Source: Cyanophora paradoxa CCMP329 (Eukaryota; Plantae; Glaucophyta). From it: 49,139 nucleotides of DNA. The position numbers and the translations under genes were made by a program. The notes beneath the pieces were generated by a model. It was not told the DNA's origin. It saw only the letters and a program-made list of their open reading frames with translations, and made no database searches. Location: contig QPMI01000140.1 of NCBI GenBank assembly GCA_004431415.1, positions 1 through 49,139 of the forward strand. Reading direction: 5' to 3'. Shown here piece by piece: positions 31,250 through 44,681 of this stretch. Every line of letters begins with the position of its first letter. Within the stretch, counting starts at the first letter, position 1.

Positions 31250-32197
31250 GGCCGTTCAGCCCCGGAGTTCACTGCGGCGCGGGCGACGGCGGCGCGCGAC
31301 GCGGCGGCCGCCCCTGCGCCGCGGGCGGGGCGCACCGGTACCCCCCGCCGGCTCTCCTGGACACCTCAGCCTCTCAGCCGTCGACCCAGCCATCCAGGGC
31401 CCCCGGCGCGCCCCGCCGCGGCCTCCCTGCCGTCCTCCGCCTCGCCCGCATCCCCCCCCGATGCCCCCCCCCCCGGGCCGCCCCGAGAGCCCCGAGAGCC
31501 CCGAGAGCGGCGAGAGCGGCGAGGAGGCCTCGGGGGGGTGCGAGACCGATGACGACCCGCCGCTGTGGCCGCGGCGGCCCTCGCACCTGCCGCCCTACCT
31601 GGCCCCACGTTCGCGGGGGACGCCCGCGGGGCGATGCGGAACCGAGTCCCTTCCGCCGCTCCCTGCGCAGCTCCTCGCGCTCGCCGCAGCGCGCCGGCGC
31701 AGGCGCCGCGATCCTAGAGGAGCACTTCCGCGAGTCGCACGGGCCGGGCTGCGCGGGGGACCTTGAGACCCTCCACGGCCTCTGCTGCGACTGGGGCGCC
31801 GGCCGCCTCGCCCGCTGGCGGCCTGTCCGGGCGCTCCTGCGCGCCTTCGACCAGTTCTTTTACCGGCGCATCCACAGGGCCTACCATGCACGCCGGTCCT
31901 TATACCCCCTCCCCTGCTCTATTTTTAGAGCCGACGGCGTCGCAGCGGGGTACACGGCGGCCGGCGAGGCGCTCGCTCCCGTTCGCGGACGTGCTGACGG
32001 GGCCGCCGGTGCTGCCCGCGGGTCCCGCGTACGGCGCGGAGCCGTACCCCGACTCGCCCGCCGCGGCCGCGCCGCCGACGCCGAGCGCGCCGGCGCCCTC
32101 CTCGGAGTTGCCGACGCCCGCGGCGGGCGAGCTCGAGCGGCCGGTGCGGCAGGCGCTGGCCGCCCGCTTCGACGACGGCGACTTTGCCGAGATCTGA
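31250..32197 (+). CDS. Exons of an unidentified host gene fragment adjoining the RecG duplicate
   Basis: Coding-like segments (AILEEHFRESHGPGCAGDLETLHGLCCDW...FDQFFYRRIHRAYH; ...LAARFDDGDFAEI*) separated by intron-like C-rich tracts ending CGCAG. Confidence 0.35.
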
Positions 32198-32599
32198 GCA
32201 TCTGAGCCCTTGTGAGAGGATTCTGAGATTGATCCTCTTTAATTCCAGATGCACGAGGAAACCGCTCAGCGGCTTGCGAGGCGAGGCGAGGGGAGGGGAG
32301 GGGAGGAGAGGCGAGAACAAGATCTCTGGAGCTTCTCCCCCTGTCTAGAGGGGAGAGAAGATCTAGAAGAGGAAATATCGATCGATCTATATCGATCATG
32401 ATCATCAGCACAGTGATGGTTGGGGAAGGGGAAACATCTTCCCCTGTCCCACTTTCCTGTGCACAACCCGACCAAAATTCCAACTTTTTCATGCCCGCAA
32501 TTCCGGTTACGGGCCTTGGAACCCGAAACTAGACCAAAAATGCATTCCGGAAAGCCGACGAACGGGGCCCCCGGTCGCCCAGGAACCGTGCCTGTTGCT

Positions 32600-33250
32600 G
32601 CAGCACGTTTTTTCAAGTTTCGAATTCCCCTTCCCCGGACCCAGGTGGCGGCGTACCCCCGCCCTGTCGAACCCTTACCCCCCTCACCGCGGCGCAGGCG
32701 ATGTTCCGGGCCTCGTCGCGGCTGCCGAACGGGCCGCGGCAGGCCCGCCTGTTCATAGAAGCCTTCGCAATCGTGCCCGCGCTGACGAGGGCAGATGCGC
32801 ATGCGGGCGGAGGTCGAGCGGAGGCGGCGCGCCGACGCCCTCTTCTCTGCACTCGGGCGGCGCGCGGCAGCGGCGGCGGCGAGCGGCGCCTCACTGACCG
32901 AGCGGCCGCTGCGGGGCGGGCGGCCCCCCACCGTGCTACAAGGCCGCCGTGAAGGAGTACCAGCGCGCCTGCGGCGCCGCGGTACCCCGGCCCTCAACGA
33001 GTACGCCTTCAAGGTCCGCTCGCGGGGGTACCGCTTTTTAGATCCCGAGTCGCCCGCGCTTACCGTACCCCGCGGCCGGGCCCGCAGTACTCGTACGTGC
33101 TGGCGAACTTCTGCGAGGCGGGCCTACCCCGGCCCCCGGGGCCGTCCGCGAGGTGCTCTGGGGGGTATGCGCCGAGGAGTCCGCCCCCTCCCTCCTCCCC
33201 TAGACGTACCCTCCTCGCTTACCTGTATACCCCCTTACCTGCATGCACGC
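32600..33250 (+). CDS. Unidentified multi-exon gene fragment
   Basis: GTACCC...CGCAG and GTCCGC...CGCAG introns flank MFRASSRLPNGPRQARLFIEAF, MRAEVERRRRADALFSAL and ALNEYAFK/YSYVLANFCEAG. Confidence 0.35.
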
Positions 33251-33585
33251 ATATGCGAAAATCCAGCGAGAAATCTTTAATCATGATCCCGGTACCCCGG
33301 GGAATTTAATCATGAACAAGAATCTTTTATATCCCGCTCGGGAAGAAGAGCATGCATGTGAGTACAAGGGGCCAGACCCTGCGAACTCGATTTAATGAAG
33401 CGCGCGCGCGGCGATCGTACACGTACAATGACAGTCGTACATACGTTATTGTAACGGCCAAAGAGGCCAGGAAACCGACATTCGATTGCAAAATCATTAT
33501 ACACGAACAAGGCGAGGGCCGCTAGCTCGAGGAAGCCGGCGCCTGCCTATAACCCGCCGTGCAGCCTGGCAGAACGACTAGAAGC

Positions 33586-34785
33586 CTAGAGGAGGTGCTC
33601 GGTCGGGCCGGCGGCGGCGAAGCCGGCGTCGTGCACGTCCGCGTCGGCGAAGGCAGAGTCGGCGCCGGCGGCGCCGACATCCGCGGCCTCCTCCACCTGC
33701 GCAAGCGGGACTCAGTGACTCTCACAATTATAATTAATTCAGAAAGAAGAGTAACGCACGTCGCCGATGGCGCCGGTCTCGACGTCGTCGAAGCCGGTGG
33801 CGGTGTACATGTAGACCTGGTGATCGGACTTGTCAGGGCGGAATCGACATCGAACCTCGGAGGGACTCGATCTACCTTGAAGGACTCGTCGACGGTCAGG
33901 GGGTCGGCGTCCGCCTGCAGCTGGCGCGCAGACGCGATGCTTCCAGTGCCCATACTGGTCGGCTGCGATCGATCGCGACCCTGAGATCGAAACTGTACGA
34001 TCGAAAGCCGAAACGCGATGGACGCACTTGGCCGAACGGGTTGGTTCCATCTGCCGTTGATCGGAAGCAGGCGATGGTGCCGTTGATCATCTCCGCGTAG
34101 TTCGCGCCGTTCGGGCAGCAGGCCGCGGCGCTCTGCGCCCGCGGCAGGTCAGAGGATCCCGGAGGCCGACAGTTCTTGATCTACAAGGACGAAAGCGAGG
34201 CCCTGAGGGACGGACCTCACGCCAGCCCTTGACGGGCAGCCCAGCTGTGCCGGAGCTCGCGTAACGGATCCACCCATCGTCCGTCTCGATGACCGGCTGC
34301 CCGTTCACGGTGGCCTGGTCGAGAATCTGCGGGGATAGGGTCGTCACATTCTGGCGCCGGAGGCCCGAAGGTGCGTATTCGCGAGGACAAAGTCGGACCG
34401 ACACGGAGACAGCGCCGGCGGGGCAGTGGAATTTCCCGCTGCCCCCAATGTCTGCGCGCCGCTCGACTAGGCGCGAGACGGGACGCGTTCGCGGGCGCAC
34501 TATCGTTGACCACCTTGATGTTATGCGTGTAGGGCAAGGAGCCGGCCCTCACGACGTGATACTGATTGGGCGGTCATCATCATGATCAGGCGGGCACTGG
34601 AAGGCGGGCGCCGCCGTCCGGCCTCTCTTACCTGATCGAAGTAACCCAAGTTTTCTTCCCGGTAAATGCCCAGAGACCTTCTCGGAACCGTCTTGCTGTT
34701 CTGCAATGCATACGTATATATATACGGGGTCAGCGCGTTCACGGCGCCTGGTGGGTTCGGGGGAAAGCGCTAGCGTGCGCGCCAT
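33586..34785 (-). CDS. Host multi-exon gene of unknown function
   Basis: Exons NALTPYIYTYALQNSK...GYFDQ, ILDQATVNGQPVIETDDGWIRY, MINGTIACFRS, QVYMYTATGFDDVE and VEEAADVG...TEHLL*, separated by short GT-AG introns. Confidence 0.6.
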
Positions 34786-35391
34786 TTTCAGAAGGGGTGT
34801 TGAACGTGCGTCGCGATCGGGTGCGCGGGGGCGGCCGGGAGGGCCGATGCGGGTGAGGCGCGCGGTGCGAGGGAAATGGGCCGCGCCCCAACTTGGACCC
34901 AAGCTTCATCTCGCGAGTCGCGACCGATGGCCATGGTCAGGGTGGTCGCCGGGTACTCCCAATTTCGTCGTTTTTTTGGACTTGGTAGCTCCAAAGAGGT
35001 ACTACGGTACTTGAAAAAAAGCATTAAATCAGCCTCAATTGCAAGGTGATCATGAAAGTTTCAAGATCACCAAAGTCGAGTGTTACCAAAACATTAGAGT
35101 ACCCGCGCGCTGATCAAGATCGGTGACGTCACAAATGATTTCGCACACGTGCGCACTGCGCATGCACACCGAGACAATACAGCGAAAGATATATAGGGCT
35201 GGGCTGTCTGTATACGTATACGTATAGTCGTCGTATACGTAATACGTATACGTAAAATATCAAGTCGGGCCGGGCGGGACTCGGGCCCGGGACTCCGGGA
35301 GACCTCAGAGATCTAGATAGATTAATACCAGTAGAGCCGTCGAGGCGTGCCACGGTGCGTAGTACTGTAGCTGGTAGCTGGAAAGGAAAGC

Positions 35392-35395
<4 letters not shown>

Positions 35396-35476
<81 letters not shown>

Positions 35477-35526
35477 CCCTCCGCCGCCGATCGCGAGGCT
35501 CCGCGCGCGCGCGCGCGCGCGCGCGC
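35396..35526. repeat. (TA)n microsatellite (35396-35474) followed by a (CG)n tract
   Basis: Read directly. Confidence 0.97.
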
Positions 35527-35842
35527 ATATGCATGCGCACGCGCACCGTGGCACCGGCTGGGATGCATATGCTCGCACCCGGCCGGCCCGCGCGCCTTAA
35601 ATTTCGCTCACTTATATTTAAGCTTTAATTTGCAATTGGCTTCAGCTGCAGTCTGCAGCTGATCATGACGTCGACCGCCGGTATTCGAAATTCAGGGCAC
35701 AACCGGCGCGGGACCGTTATTTATATATAAGCTTCGCGCGCGCGCGCGTATACGTACGACGACGCCCGCCCGGCGGCCCCGGCCACCGGGCCCCCGGCCC
35801 GGGGGCCGGGGGTCGGCCCGGCCGGGGCGCGGCCGCCGCCGT

Positions 35843-36863
35843 CAGTGTTGGGTAAACTTTACTCCCCCAAAATTGCCGCAGTGCTTTGGAAAAGATTGTG
35901 CAAATATTTGCACCATATATATATATATAGAAAACATTCGAATTCCAAGCACCGTAAAAGCACCGTATTCCTTGGCAAATAAAATAAGCGTCTAAACGAG
36001 AGATATAAGCTTTATAATGATACCTGTGAGTTTAAATTCAAAGTTTGCACGCGTTTAGTCTTGTTAACGTTTTGGCCTTCTTTTCAGGGTCGACGTCGCC
36101 CAGAGGGGGGTACCCATTTGAAGGAGGCGACCTTCGAATTCGCCCTCCTGACACCCATGTAACTCTCTCAACTCTAGAATTATGTCAGAACGTTTAACCG
36201 AAGGGAATGCCGCAAGCTAGCAGCCGGTAGATCTTGCTCGGTCTCGTGGGACGCGCCTATAGCTATGGGACTCCTGACTTGCTCAATTGCCATTTCTCTC
36301 GGGACTCCTGACTTGGGATCTCCATGGGCTACAAAACTAATTGTTCGAGTTGATCATTAGTTCCCAGAGATACGAAGTTTCCAGTATGGAGAATTTGGGA
36401 AGTTCGAATTCGTTGTTCCGAAACCGTAATTATATATATAAGACTATCTGATTCCGAGCTATTGGGACTCGACTGGGGGGGCCGGGGCCCCACTAGTGTC
36501 CCGGTCTCGTTTGGACGCGCCTCGCGAGGGAGTGAGCTGAACTTGAAATCCACTCTATAATCTACGGTCTCGTTTGGACGCGCCTCGCGAGGGAGTGAGC
36601 TGAACTTGAAATCCACTCTATAATCAATATTTAAAAAAATTTTCCGGTCCGCTGATCCGGCTTCGCAGGCCGGCGACCGGATAACAGGCGGTGGGGTGGG
36701 GTGGGGAGGGGGGGTTAAGTGCAAATAAACTGAAAGTTTTCTAGGGCTGTATACGTAGCTATAGCTATATAGGATCGAGGGGGTGAAAATTAACTGAAAG
36801 TTTTCAAGTACTACGGTAAGCTTTCAAGAGAAAGTTTACCCAGCGCAAACTTTCCGAACACTG
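35843..36863. mobile_element. Older non-autonomous hAT-type element
   Basis: Imperfect TIR CAGTGTTGGGTAAACTTT vs CAGTGTTCGGAAAGTTT; degenerate 8-bp TSD GCCGCCGT/GCCACCGC; internal ~60-bp direct repeat at ~36503-36624. Confidence 0.65.
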
Positions 36864-37818
36864 GCCACCGCCGGCGCCGGCGGCGCCGCCGCGCCCCGGC
36901 CCGGGCCGGCCGGGCCCCTTGATTCATGATCAAGCAAGCTCCTCCGGATCCTACCGCGACTGCCGCCGGCGCCACCCTTCGAATTCTGGACGTCGTGATC
37001 ATGAGTTCGGAGGAGCACGGCCTTGGACTCGCTTGAAGCCTCGGATCCGGAGCCTCGGAGCGTCATGATCAGGGGCCGAGAAGGCCGCCGGAGCTCGAGC
37101 GCGCGGCGGCGCCGGCCGCGCGCGGAGGCTGATCACTGACTAACACTGAGTCATGACGGAGCGCGCGGCGCCGGACATGTACAGGGGCCGGGGTTGCGGC
37201 GCTGCTAGCGCTGGATCCGGAGACGGCAGCGTCGACGTCGGCGGCGGCGCAGGATCCAGACGATCGCGACTCCCGCGACTCGGCGACGCTGAGATTTATA
37301 ATTACCGTACCTCCGGCACAGGCGCCGGGTCGTCCGATCGCGATGCTTGCAAATTGATGCACATGCATATGATCGCGGCGGATTGCGACTAAAATTTTGC
37401 GCATGCGACTCTGATGCGAGTCAAAATTTGCGACCCGCGAGATGCATATGCGCATGCATATGGTCCGGCTCATGATCATGATCAGGGATCATCGGATCGG
37501 ATTCGGATCCGGAGCTCGCGATCGAGCCCAAGGAGGCCAAATTAAATTAAACTTGAAATAACAAGCTTAAGCATGCGCACGCGAATACGTATTCACCACC
37601 TGCACGTCGCCGTGAAGTCGCACGCGTACGTGCACCGCACAGGACCTCGGAACGGGTTAGCATGCAATAAACTCGCGTGCGGGCTCGCATGCAATTGCAA
37701 ACGAGAAAAACAAATCTTTTTCTTGGGGACGAGAAAAATGAGGGTGTGAGCTCTTGAGGGGTATATACATAAGTGCTTGGACGTTCGACACGGCGCCACA
37801 TCGAGGCACGAGCCCGGA

Positions 37819-40800
37819 ATGCATCCCTCTGCTTGCAATTGCGGCTTAAGCTTTGTGTTTCCGGGCTTAGTGCGACACCCATCGAGGTGCCTGGCCTGCG
37901 TACATGGCACCGGCGCAGGCTGAACGAGCGGCGCAGCGGCGCTTACGTTGGCCTGAGCTCCTTGGCGTGCAGGTGTAGCGCGCCACGCTTTCGAAGGTGG
38001 GACGCTGTGCTTGGGGCAATCGCTGCGGTGCCGAGCCCGAGTCGCGCCGGTGCTTGAAACCACGTCGACCGTCGCTTGCAGGCTCGGCGCTGGACGTCGC
38101 GAATTCAGTGGTTCACTCCGCGCGCGGCGACATGCCCGCGCGGGGGGCGCGGCGGCAACGCGCCGGCACGGGACGCGGGGCAGGCGCGGCCGCGCCCGCC
38201 AGCGGTCGCCCAGGCGCGCATGCAGACGGAAGAGCGTTCTCTGGACGATCCCGTGAGCGCGCTGCCCGGCGTGGGACCCGTGAAGGCCCAGCGGCTGCGC
38301 AGCTGGGGCCTCGGGACGGTCCGGCGCCTCCTGGAGTGGGTCCCCCGGGACCGCGTCCACGCCGGCGATCGCGCGAGCGTCGCGGCGCTCGCGGGCATGG
38401 GCGGCTCGCGCGCCACGATCGTCGGGCGCGTAACCCGCGTCCGCGCGGCGCCGGCGCGCAGTCGGCCCCGCCTTGTCGTCCTCACGCTCGCCATCTCCGA
38501 CGACTCCGGCGCCTCCGTCGAGGTCGTCAAGTTCTACAACGGTACCCCCGCCTCCTCCCTTCTCGCCGCGTTCCAGTAAGCCGGCCCCCGCCCCTTCTTT
38601 CCCGCGCGGCCGCCTTCCGTCCGTCGACGCCCCTGCGGCGCAGGCTGGGTACGCTGGTGTCCGCGTCGGGTACCGTGGAGGTGGCCGGCCCAGCGGACGC
38701 GCAGCAGGGGGGGTACCGCAAGCGCCCGGGGAGCGTTTCTCTCAAGTCGGCCGAAGTCAACATTCTCCGCCCGGTCCGCTGAGGCGCCTTCTTGCCCGGC
38801 CGCCCCTCCGGCCCACCTCCGCGGGGCCGCGTAGGCGTGGGAGGCGGGCCCAGACGCGGCCGACCCTGAACCGCCCCGCGTCACGCCCCTGTACCGCCTC
38901 CCGTCGGCTCGCTGTTCCCCGTTCCTGTGCCCCCCTCCCGCCCGTCGTGCTCCCCCCTGAGCTCCGCGCAGGCGCCGGGGGAGGCGGGGAGCGGGCGCCG
39001 CGGCGCCGCGGCGGACCTGCGCCTGCTCGGGGCGGCCATTCAGGCGGCGCTGCCCTACGCCGAGCTCTTCGTGCGGTCCTACCCCTGCTTCGCGAAATGC
39101 GGCGCCGCCGGGACTCGAACCGGGCGCCGTCCCCGCGCGCGCAGGAGGACCCGCTGCCCCCCGACATCCTGGAGAAGCTGGGCCTACCCCCCCTCTCCGA
39201 GGCGATGCGGAACGTGCACGGGGCCGCCGGGCCCGACGGTGCGGCAGCCCCCCCCCCCCCCCCCCCCCCCCCCGCGCCCCTTCGCGCTTTCAGCGGGACT
39301 CAACCCGCTCCCCAGAAATGGAGGCGGCGAGCAGACGGCTCGTCTTCGACGAGCTCCTCGCCCTCCAGCTCGGTACCCCCCCGCCGCTCCGCCCCCTTCT
39401 CCTCCCTTAGCGCAGCCCCGGCAGCCCTGCTGCTTCGCAAGGCCAAGCGAAGGTCCAGGCGCTGCTCTGTACCCCCTTCGCCGCCCGGCGAGCTCATTCG
39501 GCGGGTCTGCCGTACCCCCTCTCCCCCCTCGCCCGCCACCTCCCCCACCTTCCCAGCCCAAGCGATCTAGCTCACTCCGGTACCCCCAGTTCCGGGAGTC
39601 CCTTCCCTTCGAGCTCACCGGCGCCCAGCGCCGCGTCCTCGATGACGTACCCCCTCTCCACCCGCTTCCTCTACCTCCCCCTTGCCCCCCGACCCACGGC
39701 GGTTGTATCCCCGGCGCGTGCAGATCACGAGGGACCTGGCTGGGGAGGCACCGATGTCCCGGGTACGCCCGCCCTGCCTCTGCCTCCCCCTTGCCCGCGA
39801 GCTCTCACCCCCCGCGGGGGGTACGTGCACGCAGCTGGTGATGGGGGACGTAGGGTCGGGCAAGACCGTGGTCGCTGTGGCTGCCCTCCTAGGAGCCGTC
39901 GAAGCCGGCGCCCAGGCGCGCCCCCGTCTGCCCCGCCCGCTGCCTTCGCCCCCTCCGCGGGCCCCTGACCCGCCCGCCCCGCCCCGCCCCGCCCCGCCGC
40001 GCTCCAGGGAGCCCTGATGGCCCCAACCGAGGTCCTCGCCGCCCAGCACTTTCGCAACGTCGAGCAGTGGTGCCGGGTACGCGATATCGACGCCGCTGTC
40101 CTCCTCGGCCCGACCTTGTACCCGGGCTGGCAGCCCCTGGGCGTCTCTGTGGCGCTTCTGACGGGATCGGTCACGGGCCGGGCCCGGGCCCGCGTGCTCG
40201 AGGGGATTCGAACCGGCGCCACCGCCGTGGTCGTGGGGTGCGAGGGGGCGGGCTCCTCTCTACCCCCCCGCTTCCGCCGCCCCTGTCTGACGGGTCAGTC
40301 TGCCACGGGGGTATGCAGGACCCACGCTTTGTTGGAGCCTAGCGTCCAGTTCCGTCAGCTGGGCCTCTGCGTCATCGGTCCGCGTACCCCCCTCCCCCAC
40401 GCCCCCGGGTACCGTCCGATTCGACCGCCGCACGCCCGCCCCCGCCCCCGACGCAGACGAGCAGCACCGATACGGGGTACCGGTCCCTTCGTTCGCTCGA
40501 GGAAGCGGCGCTCCTCACTTACCGGGCGACGGGGCGGCCGGGGGCCCAGGTGGAACAGCGCTCGCGCCTCACTTCAGCGGCCGCCGGCGGCCAGGCGGCG
40601 CCCTCGCCCTTCGCGCCCGTGCGGGGCCCTCCTTCCGCCCCGCCCCGCCCCTTCCTCCTAAAAAGTTGCGGCGCAGGAGGAGAGAGGCGGGGCGGGGGAG
40701 ACGGGGGATGAAAAGGAGGGGGCCGGGATCGACGCCGAGGCGGCCGGGGACCTAATGGCCGGCGCCGAGGGCCCCGAGGGGGCCCCCGCCCCGCACGGTC

Positions 40801-43512
40801 TGCCTCGCCGCCCCGGCCCGGCCCGGCCTGGCCCGGCCCCACGCGGCCCTTCCGACCGTGCTTGGCGGCTTCGCAGTCCTCTCTATGTCAGCCACGCCAA
40901 TCCCCCGAACGTGTGCCCGTCCCCCCGCCCCCTTTCCTTTTTCAGTTCTGTACCCCCTTTTCATCTTCGCCGCAGGCTTGCGCTCGCCCTGCACGGCGAT
41001 CTAGACATCTCCGTCCTGGACGAGGTACCCCCCGTGGCCCCCTGTACCCCCGCCCCTGAGCCGCGTCTGAACCGCGTCTGAATCGCTGCCTTCAGATGCC
41101 TTCCGGCCGCAAGCCGATCCGCACCCGCCTTCTGCGCCCCGAGGCGCGCCCGCTCGCTTCCTGTACCCCCTTGTCCGCCTCCTCACCGGGGTACAGGAGC
41201 GGGAGGACGCGTACGGCGTGATCCGCGAGCACTGCGCCCGCGGGCACCAGGTCCGCGCCCCTCCCCGTACCCCCTCTTCCCCCCCTCCCCCCCACCCCGG
41301 CCGCGGCCCACGGATTTCGGCCGCAGGCGTACGTGCTCTTCCCGCTGGTCGAGGAGAGCGAGGCGATGGCGCACCTGGTGCGCCGTAACAACGTAGAACC
41401 CCTCTAGCTGGCAGGCTTCGGGGCGCTGTGCCGCCCTAGGCCTGGGCCTATTTTGCAGAGGGGCCCCCGCTAGCACCATTCCGACCGTGCCCCCCCCCCC
41501 CCCCCCCGGCAGCGGGACGCGACGCGGGAGAGCCAGCGGCTTGCGCGGGAGGCATTCCCCGACCTCCGCGTCGGCCTCCTCCACGGCCGCCTGCCCCCGG
41601 CGGTGCGTGCACGCTCGAGCTCGCTCGCCCGCCTTTGCTCAGGGGCTCAGGAGCTTCTTTCGCTAGCTTAAGCTAATCATATAACTAGCTTAAGCTAAGC
41701 TTAAGCTTAAGCTCAGCTAACCCCCGCCCGTGCGTGCACGCTCGAGCTAGCTCGCCTTGTCTTTGCAGGGAGGAGAGAGAGAGAGAGAGAGCCGCGGGGC
41801 TCACGGGCTTCTTTCATCAGCTTCTAACTATCTAATCTCGAGCCAAGCTCGGCCGCTCAGCTAGCCCCCGCCCGTGCGCCCTCGAGCTCGCCTTTGCATG
41901 AGCTCGAGCCGAGGAGCTCGGGAGCTTCTTTCACTAGTTTGAGCTAATCTCGAGCCGAGCTCGGCCGCCTAAGCTAGTCTCGATCTGAGCGCGGTCGAGC
42001 GTTGGTTTGCTCCCGCGTCGGCCTCCCCTGCGGCCGGGAGGCGCTGGCCGAGGACCCGAGGGGCTCTTCCGCCAGCGCCAGCTCTTCCGAGGGAGCTCAA
42101 GCCAAGCCAAGCTAATCGGAATCAGCTTAATCAAGCAGCTTAAGCCGATTCCAATCCGAGCGTCGGCCGGGCGCCTCCTCCGCCGCTCGGGGCCCCTCAA
42201 TAAGCTTCACAACTGAGGAGCTTCGGTCCCCCCCTCTTCGCCCCACTTTGATCCGCGCTTTCCCCCCCTCTCCCTCTCAGGAGCGGGACGCGGCGCTGGC
42301 GGAGTTCGTGGAGGGCCGCACCGACGTCCTCGTCTGCACCACGATCGTCGAGGTCGGCGTCGACGTCGTGCGCACGCGCCCCCCCCCCCCACTCCCCCAC
42401 CCCCGCTTTCCTCCTGGGAGAGGAGGAGGAGCCTTTCCTTCTTCTTCTCGCTTGCTTGCTCCGGGCTCTCTCTCTCTCCCCCCCCCCCCCCCCCCCCTCT
42501 TCTCTCCCCTCTTGTTGTTGTCTGTCGCAGGCGAACGGTCCCTCGCAGGCGAACGCGACGGTGATGGTGATCGAGGGGGCGGAGCGCTTCGGTCTGGCGC
42601 AGCTGCACCAGCTCCGCGGGCGGGTCCGGCTCGCCTGAGCCTCTCACCTGAGATCCGAGCGCCTCACCTGAGCCTCCGCGCAGATCGGGCGCGGGGAGGC
42701 GGAGAGCGAGTGCCTGCTGATCGCGGGGGCGCCGACGCCGGAGGCGCTGGGGCGGCTGGCGGCGCTCGTGGAGTGCAGCGACGGCTTCCGCGTCGCCGAG
42801 GAGGACCTCGCCATACGGGGCGCCGGCCAGCTCCTCGGCACCCGCCAGGTCTGTCTGTCTGTCCCCCGCCCCTCCCCGCCCCGCCCGGCCCGGGCCCTCG
42901 GGCGTGGGCGTCTGACGGGGCGGGGCGGGGCGGGGCGGGGCGGGGCGGGCAGAGCGGGGTGCCGGGCCTGAGCCTCTCGGACCTCTCCAATCCGGACCAC
43001 GCACTCCTCCTCGTCCGGGCCCGCGAGGCGCGCCCCGCCCGCCCCCGCGCCCCCCGCCCCGGGACAGATGCATTAAAAACCTCTTAGATACATTGTCCGC
43101 CCCGCCCCGCCCCCTCCTGCCCCGCCCCGCCTTGGCCTCCCTCCCCGCCCTCCCGCCACGCCCGGCCCCTGACAAGAACCTTCTCTTAACTTCCAAAAGA
43201 ATCCACCATCATGATCATGATCAGCCCCGCCCCACACCCGCCCCGCCCCTAAACGCCACGCCGCCACGCCGCCCGGGCCCGCGGCCGCCGGGACGCGCCC
43301 GCAAGCCGACGTCGACGACCCGACATCGATCACGAGCCTCGCGATCGCCGGCGCTCGCCCGGACGCGCAGGTGGCGGAGGAGCTGGCGGGGGCGGGGCGG
43401 GCCCCCCGGGGAGCTCCCGGCGGCGCTCGCGGCGCGGCACCCGGCCCTGCACGCCGCCCTCCGCCGTCGCTTCGGGGCCCTCGGCGTCGACGCCGCCGCC
43501 CTCTTCAGCTGA
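37819..43512 (+). CDS. recG: ATP-dependent DNA helicase RecG, multi-exon, probably organelle-targeted
   Basis: [103 protein letters not shown] and [25 protein letters not shown]. The conserved domain begins at ~38220; the upstream R/S-rich extension needs a 1-nt correction. Confidence 0.95.
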
Positions 43513-43830
43513 TGCATATGGAGACATAGCCTAGGCCTAGCCGCCTATAGCTATAGCTAGCTAGAGGTTTCTGAGGTGGCTGAGGTGACTAGCCTAGTAT
43601 CCCCCCCGGCCCTCCCGGGTCCACCGGTACCCCCCGCTCCCGTTGCAATTGGTCCCCCAATCGCAATCGTGCTTGTCCGCCGACGAGTCGCAATCGGCGC
43701 GCGACGACCAGTCGCAACGGTCGATTCCGGCGCGCGTGCGGCGCGGCCGGGCGCCGGCGCGCGGCGGCCGCGGGGCGCCCGGCCGCGCGGGCTCTGCGGC
43801 CTCTGCCGCAGTGCCGCCTCTAGCTATAGC

Positions 43831-44334
43831 CAGTGATGTTATCATGATACGGCCGCCCAAAAAGTCATGATATCATTATCATCATCATATCATATCATAT
43901 CATATCATTATCATCATACAAAGTTCCCGGCGCTGTGAAACAGTGAAAGTTGCTGCAAAGATGGTCGTTTTGACACGAAAATCGACAGAAGAAGCATAAA
44001 GCTGCACTATAATCCTACTCAGACACATCCTCTACACCTGGCGCTAGCGCTGTGATGGCGATGGGCCAGAGGGGGGTACCGGTGGAGGCGCTGTGATGGC
44101 AAGAACATCGCTATTTCGGTGCGGTTTCTGCTAAAGATCATGTTACTCACTCTCTCGATTACTTATTTAACTCTGCTGAGGTGTTTGGAGCGTGAGAAAC
44201 TCGCGGTTTGGGGGGTCTGGGGGGGGATCTATCATCATCATGATAGCCATGATGACAGGGGGGTCCGTATCATGATGATATCATGCATCATATCATTATC
44301 ATGATAGAACATCATTATCATGATAACATCACTG
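43831..44334. mobile_element. hAT-type MITE
   Basis: 19-bp TIR CAGTGATGTTATCATGATA; 8-bp TSD GCTATAGC; ATCAT subterminal repeats. Confidence 0.93.
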
Positions 44335-44681
44335 GCTATAGCTACTAGCTAGATCTGCGGCGGGCCGCCGCCGGCCCGCCGGCGCCGGCCCCGCCTCCCG
44401 CTGGCTCCCGGGATCCCGGGATCGGACGTCGGACGATCGAAGAACTCGAAGCCCTTTTTTTGCGCTTTTCGTCGACGTAAGTGTTGAATTATATAATTAA
44501 TCCATCCCGGCGATACTGTAAATATATATCATATGCATATACAGCTTGTGTATTATAATTGTATATACGTACACATATATGCTGTTGATCTAAATCTAGC
44601 TATATATATATTCTTTCAGGTGCAATTAGAATTTTAATAAATTCAATTTTCTTGCGCAAGTTCGATCTGTCGAGACAGCCA

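Noticed and set aside
35129-35600. ORFs with YIYIYI runs
   Set aside because: They are translations of the (TA)n microsatellite.
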